64,000 nt of DNA, from positions 1 to 64,000 of IMG/VR virus record IMGVR_UViG_3300037244_000020, one strand, 5' to 3'. This document shows, in pieces, positions 35,918-44,906 of this stretch (position 1 is its first letter; the number at the start of each line of letters is the position of its first letter). The DNA is from a virus. Under the pieces are notes generated by a model. That model did not search any database. It had not been told where the DNA came from and saw nothing but the letters and a program-made list of their open reading frames with translations. Made by a program: the position numbers and the translations under genes.

Positions 35918-36322
35918 TTAGTCAGTATCTATGACACCCTCTAAGTACCTCAAGAATGACCCGCAGTGTTTGCAGCGCTTGCTCTCAGTACGCTTGAGGC
36001 GCTTGCGCGCTGCATATATCGCGTTAGACCCTATGCGCAGCGACCTAGCGACGTTTTCAATGCCCATTTCCGGGTCTTTAGACAGCAAGTCTAGTGCTAT
36101 CCTGGTTCGGCTTACCGCGGGCGCCCTGTTAGTTACCCGTGGTTCGAAATAGCCTGTGTAGCGGTTAGCTGGCTTGGCAGGATGACCTCTCATCCGCTCG
36201 GCAGAAAGCGCGCGGGAGATTAGCGATTGGGATACTCCGAGAAGCTGGCAGACCCTGTACTGCGTCATACCGGGGTTGTTCCGCAATATTTCTAAGGCTT
36301 GCTGAGTCTTACTTTTTTCCAT
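35918..36322 (-). CDS. double-HTH protein with C-terminal CxxC
   Basis: SKTQQALEIL..MTQYRVCQLLGVSQSLISRA; second repeat SRTRIALDLL; CKHCG. Confidence 0.7.
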   Translation of the reverse strand: MEKSKTQQALEILRNNPGMTQYRVCQLLGVSQSLISRALSAERMRGHPAKPANRYTGYFEPRVTNRAPAVSRTRIALDLLSKDPEMGIENVARSLRIGSNAIYAARKRLKRTESKRCKHCGSFLRYLEGVIDTD

Positions 36323-36509
36323 TTGTTGCGTATCCGAGACAGCGAAAAATTCCTAATTTTTATCTCTTGACACCGACGAAATTTTCTGGTTTGTCGGCGT
36401 TACGAAAAATTAGCCTAAGCACAAGTGTATAGCAAGTGCGGTCTAGTTGGCGCGCAAACCGCCAGTGCGCAAGGCTTTCGCTCGCCAACTACTTAACACG
36501 GGTAAACCC

Positions 36510-37028
36510 TTAGACGTGTTTCCAAGTCTTGCGCGTGCGGATCGCGTGGACAGTCACATTCGACACACTGTAGCGCGCGCCCAACACTCTGTTCGTGTCC
36601 CTTGACAAACGAATATCCCTCACATCCTGATCTGTCAGCGACGATTTGCCGGACCGTTCGCCTCGTAGCGCCTGGCGGCACGTTGCAGCAGTCTGTATAG
36701 CGTCTGCGTGCGTTCCCCAGCGAAGGTTGCTGATGCGATTGTCCGCGTAATCACCATTGGCGTGCAAGCCTGATAAGCCATCAGGACACGCGCCTGAAAA
36801 CGCTTCCAACACTAAGCGATGAACCAGAAACCGCTGAGTCACGCTGTCTTTGCACAGTGTTACCTGCCAACGACCTTGATTGTTCTTGCCAGGTTTCAGC
36901 AGTTGCTTCGGTTTGCGTGTGCCAGATGCTGTCGCTTCGGCGGTCAGTCTAACCAAGCTGCGAACACGACCATCGTCGCTGACCTGGTACAGACCGATGT
37001 AGCTGATAACGTCTCGCCATTGTTCCAT
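36510..37028 (-). CDS. NUMOD4-HNH homing endonuclease (possibly degenerate)
   Basis: EQWRDV..GLYQVSDDGRVRS; VHRLVLEAF..H.NG..DNRISNLRWGT; usual terminal Asn apparently replaced (HADA). Confidence 0.85.
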   Translation of the reverse strand: MEQWRDVISYIGLYQVSDDGRVRSLVRLTAEATASGTRKPKQLLKPGKNNQGRWQVTLCKDSVTQRFLVHRLVLEAFSGACPDGLSGLHANGDYADNRISNLRWGTHADAIQTAATCRQALRGERSGKSSLTDQDVRDIRLSRDTNRVLGARYSVSNVTVHAIRTRKTWKHV

Positions 37029-37096
37029 GATTGATAACCTCTGTTGTGGGTGTTGGCGAGTATAATCGTTGTTAAGTATGACTGCAAGCTGCGATG

Positions 37097-37109
37097 TAAG
37101 TCATTGATT
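37097..37109 (-). promoter_or_regulatory. IHF consensus site
   Basis: AATCAATGACTTA = WATCAANNNNTTR, in the early/late divergence region. Confidence 0.6.
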
Positions 37110-37474
37110 CATATGTGTTTGTCTGTGTTAAACCTATGTCAAACGCATTTGTCATAAACAAGTTTATCGCTCAATCGTTCTGTGCAGCGCATTTCGCGCT
37201 TGCACACGTCTATAAACGGTGTATACTTAGTTCATTGACAACGGACTGACCTAAGCAATGACATGAATAGATTGATCATGACCTCGATCGATGCTGACCT
37301 GACCAAACGATAGCTTTGGCAGTCACGATGACCGTGTTGCGGTCATCGATGCGCTCGGCCTACCCCCACCCCCCTTTTTTGCTCGGCGCGGCGCGTGGTA
37401 TCCTCGCGTCTGTGGTATGTCAAGTTTTTCGAGTTTGTCACATTACAATAAGCTTACAGCGGGGTAACGAGAGC

Positions 37475-38203
37475 ATGACCTACGATTGCAAAGATCTGAC
37501 CGAGCGGCAGCGCAAGTTCTGCGAAGAGTACATCGTAGACCTGAACGGACGCGCCGCTGCCGAGCGCGCTGGCTATGCCCCGAACGGCGGCCAGGTCACG
37601 AACCTTCTCAAGCTCCCGCACGTCAAGGCATACGTCGACTATCTCAGCGACGAGCGCGCCAAGCGTGTCGGCGTGACTTCCGACTTCATCCTAGAGCGCC
37701 TGCTCGCCATGGCGACGGTCGACGTCAACGACCTCGTCCAGTACCGACGCCACTGTTGTCGACACTGCTACGGCGAGGACTTCCGATATCAGTGGACCGA
37801 CGCTGAGTACGAGCGCGCCGTCAAAGAGGCCACGGACCGTCACCTCCCCATCCCCGAGGCACCTGGCGGAAACGGCTACGACCGCACCAAAGACGCCAAC
37901 CCCGACTGCCCAGAGTGCCGTGGACAGGGTAAAGGCGAGGTGTTCGCTGCCGACACGCGCAAGATGTCACCTGAAGCGAAGATGTTGTACGATGGCGCCA
38001 AAGTGGGCCGCGACGGCTTGGAGATCAAGACGCTCGATCGGCTGCGCATTTACGAACTGATCGGTAAGCACATCGGCATGTTCAAGGACAAGGTCGAGCA
38101 CAGTGGCAAGATCGAGAATACCGGCCCGGTGCTGAACTTGACACTCGCTGCGCCGCCGGGGACGAAGATCGCGGAAAATTCCCAAGAACCCACCAAGGAG
38201 TGA
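37475..38203 (+). CDS. terS: terminase small subunit with Zn-finger insertion
   Basis: LTERQRKFCEEYIVDLNGRAAAERAGY; CCRHCYG..CPECRGQG; ELIGKHIGMF. Confidence 0.9.
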   Translation: MTYDCKDLTERQRKFCEEYIVDLNGRAAAERAGYAPNGGQVTNLLKLPHVKAYVDYLSDERAKRVGVTSDFILERLLAMATVDVNDLVQYRRHCCRHCYGEDFRYQWTDAEYERAVKEATDRHLPIPEAPGGNGYDRTKDANPDCPECRGQGKGEVFAADTRKMSPEAKMLYDGAKVGRDGLEIKTLDRLRIYELIGKHIGMFKDKVEHSGKIENTGPVLNLTLAAPPGTKIAENSQEPTKE

Positions 38204-38211
38204 CGTTACAA

Positions 38212-38439
38212 ATGGCTGACAAGCATGCAAACAAAACCCCGGCAATGCTGCGCGATCTCGCGGACGATATTGAGAAGGGCGTGCACGGGAAGGTCCACGC
38301 AGCAGCCGTCGTTCTGGAGTCTGAAGGCTTTCCCGTTTTCGGGTTTGGCGAAACCGGAGAGGGCATGAGCAATGTCAGCGAGTTGTTCAGCCTTGCGCAC
38401 CACAAGATGGTGATGCTGAGGTTGGAGTCGAGGGAGTAG
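38212..38439 (+). CDS. hypothetical protein
   Basis: LRDLADDIEKG..FGFG. Confidence 0.6.
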   Translation: MADKHANKTPAMLRDLADDIEKGVHGKVHAAAVVLESEGFPVFGFGETGEGMSNVSELFSLAHHKMVMLRLESRE

Positions 38440-38472
38440 CCCCTTAACCTTACAATTATTACAGAGACTCCC

Positions 38473-38910
38473 ATGTCCCGCGTCCCTCCCAGAAGCTGGA
38501 ACGAAACGTTCGGCACAGCCTACGAGCACCTCAAAGCTGGCCGACGTGCAGCGCGCCTTGGCTGGAACAGCAACCGGGTGTGGCTCGAAGCCCTAAGCGA
38601 TACCGCGACCGTCATCCTGCATAAGGACGGCGTGCGCACCGACTGGGTGCCGGATGCGGGCGATCTCATCAGCAACGATTGGCATGTCTTCCCACCCCTT
38701 GAAAGGAGCTTAACCATGACCACCACGCCTAGCAGAGAAGCCCGCGAAGTAGCAGCAAGCCGCCTTAGTCCCGCCAGCTACGCGAACGTCGACGACTATA
38801 TCGCGGCCGTCGACAAGCTCGCTCGGTATATCGAGCATGGCAACTTTAAGGACACCGACAACCAGCCACACGTCACCGCAGCAGTCACGAATGTGATGAA
38901 TGTTCGGTAA
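38473..38910 (+). CDS. DUF2829 / Tad2-like protein with C-terminal extension
   Basis: TFGTAYEHLKAGRRAARLGWN...WVPDAGDLISNDW. Confidence 0.75.
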   Translation: MSRVPPRSWNETFGTAYEHLKAGRRAARLGWNSNRVWLEALSDTATVILHKDGVRTDWVPDAGDLISNDWHVFPPLERSLTMTTTPSREAREVAASRLSPASYANVDDYIAAVDKLARYIEHGNFKDTDNQPHVTAAVTNVMNVR

Positions 38911-38933
38911 ATAACCCCGATTTAACCTCAACG

Positions 38934-38957
38934 AAACCGCCCACTGAGGCGGTTTCA
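38934..38957 (+). terminator. hairpin after the Tad2-like gene
   Basis: GAAACCGCC-CACTGA-GGCGGTTTC. Confidence 0.55.
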
Positions 38958-38973
38958 TGCTATTATAGCAACG

Positions 38974-39022
38974 CACGTCTAGGGTCATTCCCGAAAAGCT
39001 GGCTATCCACCGGCCTGACGTG
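38974..39022 (+). ncRNA. cloverleaf leader RNA (C4-antisense-like), copy 2
   Basis: CACGTC/GACGTG closing stem; GTCATTCCCGA complementary to TCGGGAATGAC over the ATG; TATCCAC complementary to GTGGATA. Confidence 0.6.
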
Positions 39023-39055
39023 TCTCCTCAGTGGATATCGATTGGGAAATCGGGA

Positions 39056-39907
39056 ATGACAGACCAGACAAACTGGCCCAAACGCGGTGACGGCATTTGT
39101 GGCATCTACGCGATTGAAAATCTCATCGACGGGAAGTTCTACGTCGGGCAGTCTGCGGACATGAGATCAAGGTGGGACGTTCACCTTTATATGCTCAGAA
39201 AAGGAACGGCGAGCACGAAATTGTTGCGCGCATGGCGAAAGCACGGTGCGGAGAATTTCAGGTTCTTTGCCGTGGAAGAATGCTCAGTCGAAGATCTTAC
39301 AGCGCGAGAGCAAGCGTGGATCGACACGTTCGACGCTGTGAAGAAGGGCTACAATATCAGTCCCTTGGCGAATTGCACGCGCGGGGTGAAGCACACGGCC
39401 GAGGCCCGCGCTAACATGTCAAAGGCGCAACTTGAGATAAACTCACGCCCCGGCGCAAAGGAGCGACGAGTAGCTGTGGCAACGAAGGCTTGGGAAGACC
39501 CGGATGCTTTAGCCCGAAAGAGCGCGGCCAGCAAGAAATCAAGGAACAAGCCAGAGGCAAAGGCCAGGCAATCCAAGGTATCAAAGGACCAGTGGGCAGA
39601 CCCGGAAGGCAGGGAGCGTCGTCTGGATGCCTTAGTAAAGTGGTGGGCAGACCCTGACGCGAAAGCTAGTAGGCTAATGCTCCTGCAGAGTGGACGCACC
39701 CCAGAGGTAGAGGCGCAAAGGAAGGAGGCCGCAAAGGCAGCGAGGAGAGCCAGTGCGATCCTCGCTGTGGAAGACGTCTTGGAGATCCGCGCCAGATACG
39801 TATTCCGATGTCCGGCAAATGGAGGGAAAGCACTCGCAAAGGAGTTCGGAGTGTCCAACACGTACATCAGCAACATTATCGTGCGAAAGGTTTGGAAGGA
39901 CATCTAA
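39056..39907 (+). CDS. free-standing GIY-YIG homing endonuclease
   Basis: GIYAIENLIDGKFYVGQS..RW..H..REQAWID..GYN; NUMOD3-like KHTAEARANMSKA; C-terminal HTH. Confidence 0.9.
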   Translation: MTDQTNWPKRGDGICGIYAIENLIDGKFYVGQSADMRSRWDVHLYMLRKGTASTKLLRAWRKHGAENFRFFAVEECSVEDLTAREQAWIDTFDAVKKGYNISPLANCTRGVKHTAEARANMSKAQLEINSRPGAKERRVAVATKAWEDPDALARKSAASKKSRNKPEAKARQSKVSKDQWADPEGRERRLDALVKWWADPDAKASRLMLLQSGRTPEVEAQRKEAAKAARRASAILAVEDVLEIRARYVFRCPANGGKALAKEFGVSNTYISNIIVRKVWKDI

Positions 39908-39947
39908 TGCTACAATGCGGGAAATTAAGCTACAAAGGCTCCCCGCA

Positions 39948-41420
39948 ATGAATTTGAGTCTTCATCAACGCCAATCAGAAGCTTTCACTTCGAAAGCGAC
40001 GGAGATTTTGTATGGGGGCGGGTGGTGCCTCTGCTAGAAGGTTTGGCAGAGGCACCACCCGCCTTCTTCAATGAGCGCCGCAGGCGGAGGCAAGTCCCAT
40101 TTGCTTCGCGTAGCGTCGATCGCATGGTGTGCCGACATTCCGGGCATCCAAATAGCCCTGTTCCGCAGGCTCAGTGACGACATCACGAAGAACCATTTAA
40201 CTGGGGTTTCCGGGTATCCCGAGCTTCTGGCCGACTGGGTGAAGGCAGGGCATGTGAAAATCAATTTTTCGGCCCGTACAATAACTTTTTGGAACGGGTC
40301 GAAGATCCATCTTTGTCACTGCCAGTACGAGTCCGACGTATCGAAGTATCAGGGAGCAGAGTTCCAAGTTGAAATGTTTGACGAGGGAACCCACTTCTCC
40401 GAGACCATCTACAGGTACCTGCGAGGGCGGCTGCGCATGGGCGCACTGAAACTCCCGGAAAAGTATGTTGGGATGTTTCCCCGGATTTTGATAGGGTCGA
40501 ATCCTGGATCGGTCGGGCATGCCTGGGTCAAAGCGTCTTTCGTTGACATGGCGCCCCCGATGGAACTGGTGCAAATGCCGAAAAACGAAGGGGGTCTCAT
40601 TCGGCAGTTCATACCCGCGAAACTGGAAGACAACCCGACGTTGATGGAAAGCGATCCGATGTATGCGGATCGCTTGGAGGGTCTCGGTCGACCTGAACTC
40701 GTCAAAGCCCTTCGTGACGGGGACTGGAACATAGTTGCAGGGGGTATGTTCGACGACGTGTTCTCTACTAAGCACCAAGTTCTTGCCCCCTTCGAGATTC
40801 CTCGCACCTGGAGGATCGACAGGTCATTTGATTGGGGTTCAGGAAAACCCTTCGCGGTGTTGTGGTTCGCCGAGTCAGACGGGTCGTCCGTTCGCCTTGC
40901 AGACGGCTCCGAGCGTAACTTCCCACGAGGGTCGATCTTCCAGATCTCTGAGTGGTATGGCAGTAACGGCAAACCCAATGAGGGTCTGCGCATGATGAAT
41001 GCGGAAATTGCACGCGGCGTGAAGGAGCGCGATTTAGCTATGAAGCGCATCGTCCATGCTGGCCCCGGCGACAACTCGATAAATGACGTAATCAACGGCA
41101 CGAGCATTGCAGACGAGATGGCGCGTGCGCCGAATTACATCCGCTGGACGCCATCTGACAAGAACCCAGGCAGCCGGAAGCACGGGTGGGACATCCTGCG
41201 AAAGCTGCTGAAGAACGCAATTGATAGGCCGCTGGAAGAGCCGGGTTTCTACATTTTCGACACCTGTCGAAACACGATCCGTACGCTTCCGGTCTTACCT
41301 CGCCACGCCACCAAAGACGGGGATCTTGACTCCGACGCGGAAGACCATATTGCAGATGCAATTCGCTACCGTGTCTCCGCCAAAAAACGCACGATGACCG
41401 TCAGCGGCCTCGCTATATAA
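39948..41420 (+). CDS. terL: terminase large subunit, interrupted at Walker A by a 57-nt in-frame insert containing TAG (40035-40037)
   Basis: 39948 frame gives ..EAFTSKATEILYGG; same frame resumes AAGGGKS; FDEGTHF Walker B, GSNPG, DWG and EDHIADAIRY nuclease motifs. Confidence 0.88.
40020..40076 (+). other. 57-nt intervening sequence (candidate ribosomal bypass element)
   Basis: 18-bp perfect stem 40017-40034/40046-40063, TAG in loop, GCG at both junctions. Confidence 0.75.
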
Positions 41421-41444
41421 TCGCGGAAAATCACAGGACGAAAC

Positions 41445-42998
41445 ATGACCGTCAACTTCACTGCGACGACCCCTGAGGGGTTTCCGCCACCAGTCCAACA
41501 ACTGATTCAAGGCAATGCTAACGACGTGCGCGAACCAAGCCGCGTCGTGCAGAACATGATGGTCAACTGGCTCAAGGTCACGACGTTGCTCGGCGGCACC
41601 AAGGCGATGCGGGAGGCTGCGACCATCTTCCTCCCCAAGTGGCGCCGGGAAGAGCCGAATGACTACGCGCTGCGCCTGAAGACGACGGTGTTGTTCAACT
41701 GCTTCGGCCATACGGTAGACGGCCTAGGCGGCAAGCCTTTCGTGCGGCCGCTGGGCTGGTCGACGGATATGTCTCCAGAGGTTGAGGCGTGGTTCCCCAA
41801 CATCGACCTGACGGGTCGCAGCTTTCACGTCTTCGCGCAGGAAGTCTTCAAGTTCTCACTTGCCTACGGCCTGTCGCATGTGCTGATTGACTATCCGGTG
41901 ACTGCGGGGAAGGTGCGTACCGTCGCTGATGAAAAAGCGATCGGCGCCCGCCCCTACCTAGTCCACGTCAAGGCCAACCAGATTCTCGGCTGGCGCTCGA
42001 CGATGAAAAATGGCGGCGAAGTGCTGACGCAAGTTCGCATCCTTGAGACCTGCGAAGTGGAAGATGGCCCGTTTGCCACGCGAACCGTCGAGCAGGTCCG
42101 CGTGTTGGAGCCGGGAACGTGGACGACCTACCGGCTAAAGCCCAAGCAGGCGCTTGTCACTCAGATCAGCCCGTCATCCAATGATCCGCAAGAGTGGGCG
42201 GTGTTCGATAGCGGCACCACGTCGCTCGACTACATCCCGCTCATCACTTTTTACGCACGCCGTACAGGTTTCATGACGGCGGACTCGCCGCTAATCGACA
42301 TCGCGGACCTGAATATCCTGCACTGGCAGGTCGGGTCAGACATGTATTCGGTGCTGCACACCGCGAGCGTGCCGATTTTGACGATCACCGGCGTCGAAGG
42401 CAATGACGATGGCGAAGCGACTCTGGAAATCGGCACGGCGTCGGCGCTGAAGTTACCACAGGGCGCAACGGCACGCTTTACAGAGCACAGCGGGAAGGCT
42501 GTCGGGTCGGCGCTGACCGCACTCGGCACGATGGAAGAGCAGATGCGTCTGCTCGGTGCCGAGTTGCTTGTGAAGAAGCCGGGGCAGGCGACCGCGACGC
42601 AGGCTACGCTCGACACGAGCCAGCAGCGGTCGGAACTCCAGGCTATCACTAGCGTATTCGAGGATACGTTGGATCAGATCGTCGGGGTCATGGCGGCATG
42701 GGGCAATATCCAGAACTTCACGGGCAACATGCAGGTCTATGACGACTTCCTGCTCGCGGCCGACGACGCGGTGCAAGAAGCGCTGCTATTCTCGATCGTG
42801 ACGGCAGGTCTGCTCTCGCCGCAGTCGTTCTTTGAAGCCATGCAGCGGCGTAACGTGTATGACACTGACATGACTTGGGAGCAAGAGCAGGAGCGTATCA
42901 AGGCGCAGCCGCTGCCAGCGCCGTCCCTGCTGCAACCGAAGGTGGCAGGCATTCCGAAGGTGGCGTCAAGTTCTACTTTGGCGCAGTTGAGTGATTGA
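41445..42998 (+). CDS. portal protein (DUF4055-like)
   Basis: LLGGTKAMREAA..LPKW..E..Y..RL; IPLITFY; PLIDIADLNILHWQ; follows terL. Confidence 0.88.
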   Translation: MTVNFTATTPEGFPPPVQQLIQGNANDVREPSRVVQNMMVNWLKVTTLLGGTKAMREAATIFLPKWRREEPNDYALRLKTTVLFNCFGHTVDGLGGKPFVRPLGWSTDMSPEVEAWFPNIDLTGRSFHVFAQEVFKFSLAYGLSHVLIDYPVTAGKVRTVADEKAIGARPYLVHVKANQILGWRSTMKNGGEVLTQVRILETCEVEDGPFATRTVEQVRVLEPGTWTTYRLKPKQALVTQISPSSNDPQEWAVFDSGTTSLDYIPLITFYARRTGFMTADSPLIDIADLNILHWQVGSDMYSVLHTASVPILTITGVEGNDDGEATLEIGTASALKLPQGATARFTEHSGKAVGSALTALGTMEEQMRLLGAELLVKKPGQATATQATLDTSQQRSELQAITSVFEDTLDQIVGVMAAWGNIQNFTGNMQVYDDFLLAADDAVQEALLFSIVTAGLLSPQSFFEAMQRRNVYDTDMTWEQEQERIKAQPLPAPSLLQPKVAGIPKVASSSTLAQLSD

Positions 42999-43965
42999 TA
43001 TGAGACCCGCCTTCGCCACCGCTGTAGCTGCTTTGTTCATCGACCACGGAGTGCGTTTGGTCCAGACGGCGGATGGTCTGACGCAAGACGCCAACGACCG
43101 TTTAAGAGAAGCCGCTGATGTGATTGGGGCGCTTCTGCTCGCCACCGACTTCTCGAACTCGACGGACGTGACCAGCACGCTTGTGATCATCAAGTCGACC
43201 ATCGAGGATGCCTATCAGCAGATCGCTGCGGAATCTTCAAAAAGTCTTTCGGGCCTGCCCGCCATAGAATCACAGTTCGTCGTCTCGGCGATCAACAAGG
43301 AAGCCGAGCAGGTTTTGATGCGGTCTCCTCGCCTGACCGTGACCGAGCCACACCTCGATGGCGTTCCGGTCTCGGCCTGGTGGGATGCGCAACAGAAAGA
43401 CACGGTCGCAAAACTCGTAGCGACCGTGCGCGTCGGCATCACGGCAGGGCGGGTAGCCCAGGAGATTGCGAACATGATGGTCGCGGCGAACGGGCCAATG
43501 GCAGGAGCGATGAGGAACGCTGAGACGCTCACGCACACCGCCGTGCAGCGCGTCGCGATGGATACGCGCAACGCGGTGCTGACTGCCAATAAGAGTGTCG
43601 TAGAAGGGCTGCAGGTCGTCGCCGTGCTCGACTCACGGACTTGCGCGCAGTGTCTGGCCTACGACGGGGCGACTTACGATCGCAGCGGCGAGCCAGTTGG
43701 CGACACGACGCTGCCGTTTAACGGAGGGCCAGCCTTTCACTTTCATTGCCGATGCGGTACGGTGCCGATCTTCCTCGACCAGCCGCCTCCCGAGAAGCTA
43801 ACCGCCGAAGCGTGGCTCGACAGTCGTACCGAAGCGCAGCAAGACGACATGCTCGGGGAAGGGCGCGCTGCACTCTACCGGAAGGGAAGTTTGACGCTCA
43901 GAGATTTGGTTTCTGGGACAGGAACTCAACTTTCTCTAGCGCAACTTAGAGAAAAGTACAACTGA
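42991..43965 (+). CDS. minor head morphogenesis protein (SPP1 gp7 / Mu F-like)
   Basis: VLDSRTCAQC..HFHCRCG. Confidence 0.85.
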   Translation: MIDMRPAFATAVAALFIDHGVRLVQTADGLTQDANDRLREAADVIGALLLATDFSNSTDVTSTLVIIKSTIEDAYQQIAAESSKSLSGLPAIESQFVVSAINKEAEQVLMRSPRLTVTEPHLDGVPVSAWWDAQQKDTVAKLVATVRVGITAGRVAQEIANMMVAANGPMAGAMRNAETLTHTAVQRVAMDTRNAVLTANKSVVEGLQVVAVLDSRTCAQCLAYDGATYDRSGEPVGDTTLPFNGGPAFHFHCRCGTVPIFLDQPPPEKLTAEAWLDSRTEAQQDDMLGEGRAALYRKGSLTLRDLVSGTGTQLSLAQLREKYN

Positions 43966-43996
43966 TTCTGTAAAATTTGGTATGATGCGGGCATTT

Positions 43997-44078
43997 GCTA
44001 GCGTGTGGACACAGGCTAGCGCAACGGGCGGGATCGCCTTTTATTTAAAGCCGGATGGCTGAAGGAAAGCTGGACATG
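43997..44078 (+). promoter_or_regulatory. scaffold 5' leader with three GGAY-loop hairpins
   Basis: TGT-GGAC-ACA, GGCG-GGAT-CGCC, AGCC-GGAT-GGCT. Confidence 0.55.
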
Positions 44079-44891
44079 AAGCTCAAGCTCGACGAAGAAG
44101 GTCACGCAGTACTGGTGGACGGTAAGCCGGTTTATGTGCATGACGACGGTAAAGAAATTCCGTTCGATGCAGCGCGTACGGTGGAAACGATCAGCCGCCT
44201 GAATGGCGAAGCGAAGAACCACCGGGAAGCGAAGGAAGCGGCAGAGACTCAATTGGGCGCGATGAAGGATCAGGTCAAGGTGTTTGAAGGTCTGGACCCG
44301 AAGTCGGCGCGCGAGGCACTGCAAAAGCTCAAAGACATCGGCGACGGCAAGCTCATCGAAAGCGGCAAGTTGGACGAAGTGCGCTCGGCAGCAACGAAAG
44401 AATACGAAGTGCGGCTCGCAGCGCTGCAAGCTGAGTATGGCGAGAAGGAAGGCAAGCTGGTAGCAGACCGCGAGGCGCTGCAAGGCCATCTGAATAACGA
44501 GATCATTGGCGGTAGCTTCGCGCGTTCGAAGTTTATCCAAGAGAAGATCGCGGTACCGGTGGACATGATTCAGGCGACGTTTGGCAAGAATTTCAAGGTA
44601 GAAGACGGTAAACTGGTGGCGGTGGATGCGCAGGGCAACAAGATTTTCTCGCGCGCCCGGCCAGGTGAGTTGGCAGATTTCGACGAAGCGATGGGTTCGC
44701 TCGTCGAGCAGTACTCCAGTCGAGACCATATTCTGAAGGCTTCGGGAGCAAGCGGCTCGGGGGCGGCCGCTTCGGCAGGGGGTAGTGGCAGTAAGGACGG
44801 CAAGAGCATGACGCGAACGGCGTTTAATCAGCTTCATCCAATGGACCAGATGAAGACGATCAAATCCGGGGTCAAGATTGCGGACGAATAA
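44076..44891 (+). CDS. capsid scaffolding protein (DUF6651-like)
   Basis: MKLKLDEEGHAVLVDGKPVYVHDDGKE..; coiled coil; upstream of MCP. Confidence 0.82.
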   Translation: MKLKLDEEGHAVLVDGKPVYVHDDGKEIPFDAARTVETISRLNGEAKNHREAKEAAETQLGAMKDQVKVFEGLDPKSAREALQKLKDIGDGKLIESGKLDEVRSAATKEYEVRLAALQAEYGEKEGKLVADREALQGHLNNEIIGGSFARSKFIQEKIAVPVDMIQATFGKNFKVEDGKLVAVDAQGNKIFSRARPGELADFDEAMGSLVEQYSSRDHILKASGASGSGAAASAGGSGSKDGKSMTRTAFNQLHPMDQMKTIKSGVKIADE

Positions 44892-44906
44892 TTTTTCAAA
44901 AGAGGA

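Noticed and set aside
40020-40076. Group I/II intron, intein or TAG reassignment in terL
   Set aside because: Too short for a ribozyme or intein; TAG terminates other genes; simple readthrough would put 19 extra residues into the P-loop
40071-41420. terL starting at 40071 as in the ORF track
   Set aside because: Would lack the strand preceding Walker A, which is encoded in frame upstream; kept only as the split-protein alternative
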